Assembly (NCBI RefSeq): GCF_000143415.4
Contig: NW_003314277.1
Coordinates: 2,130,043-2,194,042, forward strand
Reading direction: 5' to 3'
Length of the DNA stretch: 64,000 nt
Source of the DNA: Selaginella moellendorffii
Taxonomy: Eukaryota > Plantae > Lycopodiophyta
Shown here: piece after piece, positions 52,601-64,000 of the stretch
How positions within the stretch are numbered: position 1 is the first letter of the stretch
Layout: every line of letters starts with the position of its first letter
Program-made: the position numbers and the translations under genes
The notes under the pieces: model-generated
Seen by the model: only the letters and a program-made list of their open reading frames with translations
The model's database searches: none
Told to the model about the DNA's origin: nothing

Positions 52601-53329
52601 CTTTCAATCAAGCTTCAGGAGTAGACCGAAAAAAAAGAAGAGGTAAGGATTAATCGTAGTAATATTGGAAAGAGCTATGACCATTGGGCAGGAAGTTCTA
52701 CACCCTATAAAAAGAGGAAGAGGACAACCACCAAAAAATCCAGCCCCAATAGCTACAAAGTTGGATGAAAATAAGGAAGTAAGTATTTTCTTTGTTTGTG
52801 ACTGTTTATGAGGCAATTGTTCCTTTGATTTTTAGGATTATCATATTGGAGTATGGCTATACCTTCTGGACAAGGATTATAGTCATGCATCAGAAGCCAA
52901 AGTCTAGAAAACAAGGTGAGTATGACAGAGAGATCAAATGAACTAAGGTCTTACTTTATTATTGTGATGAAAACTATTGTAAGTGGTCAGCATTCCTATT
53001 TTCTTCCAGATCCACTAGAAGAGTATGTCATCACTATTGGTGATCTTGAAATATATGATTTCAAGCATTTGATTTAGTGGCCAATGGAGTATCTAGCTTG
53101 ACTGTTATTGATAAATGTAGAGAAAAGACTTACTTGAAATTATTAATCTGACTCTTTGAATAGATATCACTAGAAGAATTATACCATTAAACTATCTTAA
53201 ATTACTATCATCACAATAAACTAGAGCTGAATATATAATTTATTAAAACCAATGTATTATTATTTCTAGTTTTAAATATGGTTTCTTGTGAAACAAGTGT
53301 TTAGCAATTCCCACCAATATCAAATAAAA

Positions 53330-55040
53330 CAGACAATCTATGGTAAACTATAAAGAATATGCAAAACACAAAAAGCTAGAAGCTATAAATGATAACAAAA
53401 TGTGGAAACTAGAGCTAATAATCCAAAATGACTTCTCTAACAATTCCTAAACAATGGAGCAATAAACTATATAAACCCAAAAAAAACAAAGCTTGAAAAA
53501 TCTAATATAATTAGGTCCTACAAAGAACAATTAGAAGTTTTGCATTGATTATCTTTAATGTTAAAGAAGAAAGCATAGGATAACTTATAATGTTGTCCTT
53601 AACATAAAATTATGCTTAACAAGTGATCATAAAATTAATCCTTCATGAATCACATAACAATAAGTGTAATAAAATTTCTTAATATTCAAGAACCTACAAC
53701 TCCAACTCAAATATCAAACTAACCCATCCTTTTGCAAAGATCGTATAAACTATGACTAAACCATTTTTCAAGGAAAAGCAAAAGCTATACCCATATTAAA
53801 TAATCATGCCAAAACCATAAATACCTTAACTTGTCACTTAGCTTGTTTAAACATCAATATGCTAATCAATATTTAGTAGTATTTGGGGTTATCCTTTATT
53901 AATGACCTAGCTATAGATACAAGAAGTGAATCACTACATATAATATTTAATACGAATCCAACTATGGACTAAATGTTAATTTAATGGAGGTGAAACTAAC
54001 ATGCTATCATGAGAAATCATGTGAAGCTTAAGAATATCATCCTTTGCAATACTATTTAATAAAGCAATCTTATCATTATTAAACCCTTATTGAGCTAAAC
54101 AAGCATGAATAAACCTTAGCTAAATCTATCAGTAATCATTTAGCTAGAAGTATTTAACCATCACTCTTTAAACACTAAATTTATATTATTAAATTGTGTA
54201 TTTAAAAATTAAAATAAAGATCATTTAGATAGACTTGTATATGTATACAACCTAACCAAGGCACTCAAACAGAGTTAAAATTAGTAAGAGTCTATGACCA
54301 CTCTTATAAAGTCTAACATAATTAAAAGTGAAACACAGTTCACTAGAGAGATGCAAGGGTCACCGTTTTAAAAGAGCATAATAACCACTTTTTTACTCAA
54401 ATTCAAGATTTGTCTTAATCCCAAAAGTTAGGATCTTTTTTAGGCCATATCATACAAATCACTTCTAAAATAGAAATTAATTGAATCATTAATTACTAAT
54501 GGCTCACAAAAATAGAATAGTTTTTCTATACAATGACTAATAGATCAACTATTGGAAAAGCTCAGAAAATCCTATAAAAAAATTTCCATCCTAAAAAAAT
54601 AATAATTCTCAATTTAGAAAAAAGCATAACCAACTTCCTTCTACTTACAACTTCATATAAATTCACCTTAACATTGATCTTTAAAATTTATAAGCATTTA
54701 GCCATTTAAAATTGAGCATTATAACCCTAATCTAACAATAACAAGTCTAAGTAAAATGGTTTAGCACTTCATTAGTATCTATCCCATGGCATACCATTTA
54801 TAAAACAATCACACCTAATATGAGTTTGTAATGAATCATATACTTATATATATTTGATTCATGATGACTCTCTTTTTGGTCTCAACCTTAATTAAACCTT
54901 AAGTTTGCATTCACATTGCTTTCAACCAGTTTTAGAAAAGTTTTTCAAAGAATACAACAATAACTACTTGAACCAATATGCAATCTTAATTGATCCAACT
55001 ATCATCATGCTTAAGAAGGATCCACTAGTGCTTAACACAA
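53330..55040 (-). repeat. Third, older and deleted remnant of the family D interior
   Basis: Patchy collinear similarity to 37200-40860, e.g. GAAGGATCCACTAGTGC near 55015 and near 40836. Confidence 0.65.
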
Positions 55041-55253
55041 TGTCATTTTTAGCAAACCAATGGGAGGCTACATCTGATGGTAACACAAAGCCTCTAGTAT
55101 TCTTATCAACTCCCAAATGCTCTGTCAATCGACACACAGCCACTAGAAAAGAATATAAATAATATAATTCTATTTACATAAAGTATAAAAACTACCTTTT
55201 ACTAAAAACTAAAATTCTTAAAACCTTTATTTTTATTTTAAAAACATTCTATA

Positions 55254-58200
55254 TGTGAGTGCATGGAATATGGAAAGGGAATATAGAAAATGTGCATATC
55301 AATTAGCCCAAAAACCCTAGCTTATATACAAGAGCGAGTGGTCTGGATTGAAAACAATCTAACAGCTACTAAAATCCCACTACGCTAATATTAGTATACG
55401 GCATCATAGCCATACACTTGGCCCTCACATCATCTCCTTCTCTCGGAATAATGGAAGACCATCAGGGTTCTCTTGTAGACAAGCCAGGATTTGGAGGAAC
55501 ATCAGGAGGAGGCATCGGTAGATCTGTAGGTGGTATTTAACTGCTCCTAATCTCTTTGTATGAAGCATTTTAACTGTTGCACATGCACAATCTCTGAAGG
55601 ATTGGCCTGCTAGACGTCATATCAAACTTCATAAACTTGTGGTCTAACTTGCCGCAACATTCGATACGGTCCTTTCCACTACACAAAGAGCCCCTTAAAT
55701 AAACCATGTACCGTAAGATAGGGAAAATGGACTAATACCAAATCATCCACTTTGTACACCGCAGGTGGACGATGATGGGAGTTGTAGTGCCATTGTTGTC
55801 CCACTTGTACATGGCCTAAGTGTTCAGCAAACTCTACTTGAACAAGTGGAAGAATGCTCATAAAATACTAATCCCACAATCTAGCATCGGTAGTTCGTGG
55901 CAATCGCAAAGGTAAACCCAACTCTGTTGGTAATATTGGATCATGACCATATAGGAGTTTATATGGTGAAGCACCAACAAAACTCTACACCCCTGTGACA
56001 TATGTATACTGAAGAGATGGCAAATGACCATCCCAATCTGAATGCTGAAAGTTCACATACTTCGTAATCATCCCTTTAATGTCCGAATGAGCTGTTCCAC
56101 CAGACCATTTGATTGTGGATGATAAGCATTCGTGAAAGTGTGGTGTATCCCCAACCGAGATGTCAAAACATGAAATGCCTCAACCATAAATGCAGGACCA
56201 TTATCTGAAAGAATTCACTCTAGACAAGAATGCTAGAATACCACTCGATTGAGGAGGAAGTATCCAATAGCGGTTGCAAAGGTGCTAGCAAGAGCACCAA
56301 CTTCTACCCAACAAATCAAGTAGTCAAAAGCAATAATCACATACTCATTGCCAGCAGTCGACCGTGGAAAAGGTCCCATAAGATCAAATGCCACCAACTC
56401 AAATGGACGGGAAACTGCAATTGACTCCAACCGTCCTTCCATGGCATGAGGGGGAGTATTATGAGCTTGGCACCAAACGCAGCTATGCACATACTGGATA
56501 ACATCACGTCGCATCTCTGGCTAATAGAAAGACTTGCATAGCTTTTCGGTTACACGACGATGTCCCATATGGCCACCTAGAATAGGAGAATCATGGTAAG
56601 CATGGAGAAACTGTGGAATAAAGATAGAAGGCACCACTAGCTATAAATGATCATCAGGATCCGTCCCCACAAAATAAAGAAGGCCTTCTTCAAAACGATA
56701 TTGAGAATGTAAATGCCAGAAAGGCAAGTTATTAATAAGTGATGCAAGATTCTCAAACCCCTCTTGAAGCCTTCGAATCCATGGCTGAAGCTTTTGAGCC
56801 TCGCGAACCTCATCAAAAGAAGGTAGATCTTGCTCTACGCATTGTGGATATTGAACGTCAAGTATAGCAACCACCAACAGCACAGAATCCTTGTCTAGAA
56901 AATCCACAAATGCTGGAACAACAGACTTGTCAGAAACATGAGAAGAGAGTGGAGAAGGAAGAGAAGCTTGAGAAAGGGCATCAGCATCAGCCATAGAACT
57001 CCCTGGGTGATGAATAACATCAAAATCATATATCTGAAGTTTCAAAGCCCACCAAGCAATACGACCAACTAGGTTCTTCTACTTCAGTAATGAAGTAACG
57101 GCAGTATGGTCACCTTTAAGTAACGTCCGAAAACCATGTAGATATGTATGAAGTTTCTCGAAACCCTAGACTACTGCTAAACACTCATTCTCTGTTGTGG
57201 AGTAGTTCATCTCCGCTGGTTGTAATGTACGGCTTATATACGCAATGGGATGGTGCTGACCAAGCACACTCGAGCTTTCTTGCATCAACACTCCTCCAAG
57301 ATTAATGTCAGAAGCATCCACGTGCAAAATAAAAGGTCGAGTGTAGTCAGGATATGCCAAAACCGGAGGAGTCGTCAATAACTCTTTGAAATCCATGAAT
57401 GCCCACTCACAATCTGGAGACCAGATGAAAGATGATGTTGATGACTTTAACAACGCTCGCAATGGTGCAGTGCAATCAGAAAGATGATCCACAAAGTGAT
57501 CTAGATACTGCATATTACCCAAGAACCATTGCACATCATTTACACACCTCGGAGTAGGGAGCTTTAAAACAGCCACAAGTTTGTCAAGATCAACTTGCAA
57601 ACCCTCACGAGAAATATGGTACCCAAGATAAGTTGTGTCCTTGGACCTAAACATGCACTTTGACCACTTCAGCTTTAAACCAACATCCCGTAGTCAATCC
57701 AACACTTTACGAACATCACAAATGTGCTCCTCCTACATCCCCTCCGAGTGGATCAAGACATCATCAATGAAGTCAGCAGTCACTTCCAGCATATCGCAAA
57801 GAACCTCATCCATCATTTGCTGAAAAGTTGTTGGAGCATTATTTAAACCAAATGGCATCACCAAGAACTCATACAATCCAAATGGTGTATGTAAAGTAAT
57901 CTTAGGAATATCTTTTTCAGCCATCAATACTTGTTAGTACCTAGAAGCAAGATCTAGCTTGGTGAATTAACAACTTCGCCTTAGACGATCCAAGAGATCA
58001 GTAGTGTGAGGAAAAGGGTACACATCCGAGATCATCACTTCATTTAACGAACAATAGTCGATACAAAAACAAATACTCCCATCAGGCTTCGTCACAAGAT
58101 GAGGTTCACATGCCTAAGGACTCTGCGACTTTTGAATAACACCCTTCTCCAACATCTTCTTAATGTTTGCACGTAAAATCTTGGGTGACCGACGATGAAC

Positions 58201-60280
58201 AAGAACCTTGATTGGATGAGCATCCCCAATTGATGACGTGTGGCAATCTTGGCCCCAAATGATAGGTCAAAGTCAAAAAGATCAAAATACTCCTTCATAA
58301 GCCAGTCAACTGCTGCAACACAAAGATTGTTAGAGGGATCAGAAAAGGGAAGAGTAGAACAAGATGGGAACATAGGAGGAAATAATGGGGGGACAAAAGT
58401 AATGGAAGCAGAGGTAGAAATAAAGGGACGAAGAAGTACAAAAGTGAGAGAAATTGATGAAACATAAGGAAGTATGAGAGAAGGGGGAGAAGTCTCAAAG
58501 TCACACTTGGCATGATTGCACTGCAACTAATCCATACCAAGGATGAGGTCAAAAGCTTGACTTGGCACCACCCACAAGGACTGCAACTCAAGCTCGAGAT
58601 CGCCCACACGCACAACTAGGTCTGCCTCATCCCGTGCATATGCATGTGTACGACCGTTGCAACCGTTGCCATAAAGAATGAAAACTGGTTCTACCACACG
58701 ATGCAAGTGTAAACGGCAACATGTGGCAACAGATCGAGCAATAGAAGATAAACTCGAACCTATATCAACCAACACGGAGAGAATAATAGGAGACCTCTTA
58801 TTATAAAAACGAGCTTGGAAAGTAAACACTAGATGAACCGGTGCTAAGTGAACCCCTTGATGATACTCCCGAAATAAAGATGAGGGGTCACTGACTTATT
58901 CACGCAAGGTCCCTCCGTTACTCGTGCGACTCCTCATTTCCCAGATGCATCGCAGTGTCTAGACCTTCCACTGTAGCAGCACCAATAGGATGTTGTTAAC
59001 GCCAAGGTCTCCACCCAAGAAATGGAGGTCGCCAATCCGAAAAATGCCAACAACACCGATAAGTGTGCCGAACTTCATCACATGCCCAACAGCAAATGTC
59101 ACGGCCATAACCACATCCTCGCCCTTGTCCTTGGACTCGAGCAGCAGCAGCATCAACCTCCATTAGAATAGGACCATCGCCTACAGGAATAGGAGCGGAA
59201 GGACAGGTAGCGAAAAGTGGAAGAGGCGAAGTCTTATAACATTGTGCCAAACGAAGAGCATCGTCAATGGTGGCTGGAACAAGTGCATGTACAAGTCCGA
59301 TAAGATCTTGACGAAGTGCTAGCCACAACATTCCTAGCTTGATCCACTCCAACATATTTGGCTCCGCACGAAGCAAAAGACTTCGGAAACAAACGCCAAG
59401 TTGCATCACCGACTCAGATGGCCCTTGGCGAAGACGATGCAATTGTTGGAAGGCATCATCACAATCGTCGACATGTCCGAATGCGCGTTTGAAAACGTCT
59501 GGGAGAACACTCCAACCCACAAGTGGCTACACTCAAACCATTGTACCATTGCAACGCCGTCTCCTAAAGACATGTGGGAAACTCACGTAAACGTCGAGTA
59601 TTATCCCAAGAATGATATGTGGCAATCATTGCGAAGTGATTGAACCAATGGTACACATCATCCCCAGGATTTCCGTGAAAAAACTCTGGCCAAACACAAG
59701 GATTGGCACCAAGAGTAGGAGGAGTTGTACCAAGTGCCATGAACGCTACCATCAACTGAGTTTAGTTGTTCAACTGTAAATGCATAGCATCAAGTAATTG
59801 TACTAACTGCTACTCTAGAGTTAAAGGAGGAGATTACTAATCTGCCATGAAGATGAACGAAAAGAAAAGAGTGAAAGAAGAGGAATGACAAAAGCTAGAA
59901 GGAAATGGGTATCTAGACAATGCAAAAAGCTAAATATAAACCAAAATCCTGAAGGGAAAGAACAAAAAAAAGGAAATGGAAAAAGCTAAATCTAAACGAT
60001 GCAAAAGTTAGATCTATACCAAAATTTCAAATCCAAGCACTCTTCAGAGACAATCAAAGGTGCCCCTCACCTTGGTGATCAAAGGTGCCCCTCACCTCCA
60101 CTAATGTGAGTGCATGGAATATAAAAAGGGAATACAGAAAATGTGCATATCAATTAGCCAAAAAACCCTAATTTATATACATGAGCAAATGGTCTGGATT
60201 AAAATTAATCCAACGGCTACCAAAATCCCACTATGCTAATATTAATATATAGCATTGTAACCATACACTTGGCCGTCAAT
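55254..60280 (-). mobile_element. Full-length but decayed non-chromovirus Ty3/gypsy element with 176-bp LTRs
   Basis: LTRs 55254-55429 and 60105-60280, TSD CTATA/CTGTG, PPT GAGAGAAGGAGA. Gag 58996-59755, protease LVDIGS, RT DFIDD, RNase H VDASD..NYSTTENECLAVV, integrase 55900-56600. PBS TAGTGGAGGTGAGGGG (tRNA-Ala-like). Confidence 0.9.
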
Positions 60281-60343
60281 CTGTGTTTTTTATATTAAAT
60301 ATTTAATAATTTAAATAGCATGTTAACTTCTTAAAAGATTTTG

Positions 60344-63300
60344 TTAAAAATTTTCCTTGTGAAACTCAAATTTTGAGTTGGATATTTGGTTAAATTCACT
60401 TGATAATGCATCAAGCTCCCTAGCTAAAACCATAGGTCCACAATAGAAAACACCTTCATAAGCAAATGCAATAAGAAAGAAAAGAAAAAAGAAAAAGAGA
60501 AAATTTCACTCACCTATTCTTGAGTTTGTATGAATGTTGGCAAGCTTGGAAAATACTTTATACCATTTGGGTCGAGCAAAGTGAGTTCTAACCTGAGTAT
60601 CAGTAAGAGATTTATTAAGCAATCAAAATGAAATCAAATCAAAGATCTTACTCTTGTTCCCGAGACAATGTCAACACCATTCTTTGCGTGATGAAAAGCT
60701 TGCATCATTGTGATGAGAGCTGAGCGAGCATCGCCTTCTTCATAAACGCTGGTGAGATAGTTATGCATCTCAATCACTGCCTGTAAGAAAAATATTTTAG
60801 TGTTGTATTGTCATGATCAGGCATCACCTTGTTGTCAATCTCGGCAACTTCGTTTAACACTCCTCTAAACCACTCGAACGAGCCTTGCTCTCGAGTGACC
60901 CAGTAGAAATATGCATTCGTGGGACATTGCAGCTTTCTTTCACTTCGTTTCCTGGGGCTTCGAATCTGCTTCATCGACAAGAACTGGCAAAACAATAATA
61001 ATATATAAATAATAATAGGTATGAAGATATAATACCTGTTGTTGATCTGCCACTTTTATTTGGTTTGCATGTCTTTGAGAACGCTGATGAAAGGCGTTGC
61101 TCCAATTCCAATTCCAACGAGCAATAAAACATCATATTTCTGATAATCTTGGGCTGGAGCTCCATAAGGTCCATCGATTAGCAGCTTTGGGAATCTGAGA
61201 GAAAGCTTGCAATTTTAAAGTTTAAAGTAACCTTGGAGTAGTGTACCTGTGTCTTATGATGCTAATGTCGCTGCTCTCACTCTCCAGAACATTTTCTTTC
61301 TCTGCAAGACCTTCAAGTGCCTGGAAAACAAAAGAGATGTTTTGAACAAACCTGAGCAAAATAACAATACTATCGTAAGTGTTTTCTACTTACATTGGAG
61401 AAAATTCTTCTAAGCTCCTCCGTCCAGTCCCCCACAGTTCGTATATGCACAGTTAAATGCCTGTCACTAGGAGCGGAGGTAATAGAAAATGGATGCCTGA
61501 AAACAATAAACTCTAGAGTAAATAGCTTCCAAAATAATGTTTTCCTTAACTTACCATTCAAAAGGAGAGATGGATATACATTTGATAAATAGATACATGC
61601 CACTTTTATACTTGAACGTAGGTGGCTTTGTCATCTTCAAGGCAAGAACATTTCCAGGATGAATAGCAGCCTTCATATACACGAAAGAGTTTAACAGCAA
61701 CTTCCACAAATCTAATGAGACTTCTCACCTTGACAACTTGTACTGTGAAATGTCTAGCTCGAAATGCTGAGAGGATCCTCTCCACTGAGTAAAGAAGCAC
61801 TGGCACAGAGAGATACATCCATGTCTACGAGATCAAAACTCATACTTTGGTTAGGACAGCATGCTGGGAAAACAAACTGTAACCAGCTTACTGATTTCGC
61901 CACCCAGTCGTTTGTGAGAAATAAGAAGATGGAGTGAAGCAGCAAAAGCACGTAAACCACCATGAAAAGGTGGTGGGAGTACCAAAATGCGTTAAACCCC
62001 GTCAACCTGTGCAAGGGCCAAGGGAGCCTCACGAGATTCCTACGAAACCATCTCGTTGCCAGCACGAACGCGATGCTCATCATAATCACCATGCTAATCC
62101 CTGTAACACCCTCTATAGAAACCAAGATCCCCACGTAAGTTGGCTGCTTGTAGTGGAACCCTCGCCCGAGATAGATCATAAACTCTTCCTCGCTCGCCCG
62201 AATGATCCTGGGAAAATCACACGCGAGGTGAACCGTCGCGTGGATTCCAACCCCCGCAACGATGGCTCCTGCAATTATCTGCAAACGTATCAGTCACCAG
62301 GAACTTAGAACCCACAGCACGAACTTTCTACTTCACTATTTGGTTCTCAGAAACTTTAGTTCTAAACGCTTGCCTTGTGGAAGTTTAGACTGTCATCGAA
62401 TGGAACAACACTTCCCACGATCGTGGAGCGAAGCCAAGTGATGGTGTTCCTGCAAACCGGGAGGAGAACCAAAGCCATGTTGAGCTTGAGTGTCTCGGCG
62501 GCTCCTTTGGCCGAGCAAAGGCAGTAGCCGAGAAGCTTGAAAGCCGAGGTTTGCTTGTATGCGAAGAACTTCCAGAGAAAAAGCCCACACATTGCAAAGA
62601 TCCACAAGCCCACCACCCAGACACGCTGCCAGTTCTCGATGACGAAGTATTTGATCTTCCTAGCCCAGAGTATGATCTTCCCGGATTGTTCAAATGCCAG
62701 AGTCTGGCTCCAAGTTTGGCTGTAATTGAGATAACCATCTTGTGCTAGTGATGCGAATTGTCCCAGCATCAAACTCTCGAGCTGCCAGAGCTAGCAAATC
62801 AAAGAAGAGATTGAAAAGGTGGTGAAGGTTTTATAAACTTGAAACTTACTTCAATGTAGCCGATTCCGCTAGGATCCAGCTCTTCCATGATGAGGGCCGC
62901 ATATTCCTCGGCTTGCTCGTTGAGCTTTGATAGCTTGTTGGCCGAAGCGCTGAGAATAATAATCTGGGACGAAAACCAAAGACAGAGTAGTGTATTTAAG
63001 ATAGAAGTGGAACCTATCAGCTAAATTCCACGCACCTCTTTCACTTCTTCCTCGGTGATACGTCCATCTGCGTCCTTGTCACACCTAAATTATAGGAGAA
63101 CAAGATAGAAAACGATAAGAAGGTGGCGGGCAATGAGATTATTTAAAACGTGAGAAGAGTGGGAGTGATGCGCTTACATATCGAAAAAGATTTGGATCCT
63201 GGAGTCGAAGCTTTGGTCCGATAGCTGCAACCAAAACTCGTAGAGCTCCTCTTTGTTAATGCACTGGAGGTTTTGGTGCTTCCTCCGTGCAAGCGCGTCG

Positions 63301-63563
63301 AAAAGCTCGCCAGTGAATTCCCTCGAGTCTGGCATCCCTGGAAGAAAAAACCATTGCAAGCTTGAGAGATTTCAGCCGAGAAATCAGATAAAAGAAAAAG
63401 AAAAGTTTTATGTGAGCTTGGGAGGAGAAGAACGCAAAATGGGGAAGAACAATGTCAAAAGTTTGGAAACGTGTCAAGAAATTCTTGCTATGGACCACGA
63501 GAAACATGTAGAACATGTAGAGGCAATCCAATCATGCAAGAACTTTGATCCATCATGGAAATT

Positions 63564-63650
<87 letters not shown>

Positions 63651-64000
63651 TTGGAATTGCTCACCAATGCACAGGCCAAAATCGCCACGATCGAGCATCC
63701 CATCCGGCTTGGCGAGCTGTTGAAACCTCATCTCCACCGTCTCCCACACCGCCTTTTGGTCCGTGCTCTCGATCGCGCGGCTGATGTATCGGAGCCCCTG
63801 CAACGCAGTCTCGGCCCCGGATCTCGACCGCGCCAGGAACAGATCCCCACTCTGCTGCTTGCGAATTCGCGGCTGCTGCTGCGATGCCGACGTTCGCGAC
63901 GACACCGCGCTATTGCTCCTGCTCAGCGCCAGGATCTTCACCAGGCGGTCGCGATCCGGCGAGCTGGGCCGCGAACGCGACCTCGATCGCGGGGCGCTCG
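60344..64000 (-). CDS. RBOH: Respiratory burst oxidase homolog (plant NADPH oxidase); 5' end outside the window; apparent frameshift in one exon
   Basis: Exons: >64000-63665, 63337-63178, 63084-63036, 62963-62850, 62790-62374, 62278-61892, 61824-61729, 61670-61555, 61496-61394, 61320-61247, 61194-61036, 60983-60828, 60780-60652, 60592-60514, 60453-60344. Motifs: EF-hand [67 protein letters not shown]. Confidence 0.95.
63569..63646. repeat. Compound microsatellite (GT)13(GA)26 in an RBOH intron
   Basis: Directly visible in the sequence. Confidence 0.97.

Noticed and set aside
63253-63784. ORFs with ER, SL or HT runs
   Set aside because: Translations of the intronic microsatellite and RBOH antisense.

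Overview
Eukaryotic, land-plant, repeat-dense window. About 55 kb is nested LTR retrotransposons of different ages, and the last 3.7 kb holds most of a respiratory burst oxidase homolog (RBOH) gene on the minus strand. Main contents: (1) an intact, very young Tcn1/sushi-type chromovirus (2872-8446, TSD TTGGC) with a GGGAAAC -1 frameshift, a predicted pseudoknot, and a Tf1-like self-priming signature in place of a tRNA PBS; (2) its host, a decayed Tat-type gypsy with an archaeal-like RNase H between protease and RT; (3) several LTR families built as [upstream module]-[internal polypurine tract]-[TG-starting core], where one family shows both a short and a long 5' LTR, suggesting alternative plus-strand priming; (4) a Cassandra-type LTR carrying 5S rRNA sequence, a 674-bp TRIM and a candidate ~303-bp mini-TRIM with ~50-bp LTRs; (5) a 1530-bp near-identical templated copy inserted inside a solo LTR; (6) an intact, intronless, very AT-rich ORF for a secreted protein with an unrecognised N-terminal domain fused to a GNA/bulb-type lectin; (7) SWIM and CACTA-like relics. 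RBOH has mostly tiny introns, one GC-AG intron and an apparent 1-bp frameshift. The tiny introns and the Tcn1 and TatI-like elements suggest a non-seed vascular plant such as a lycophyte (inference only). All alignments and coordinates were done by eye; no searches were run.
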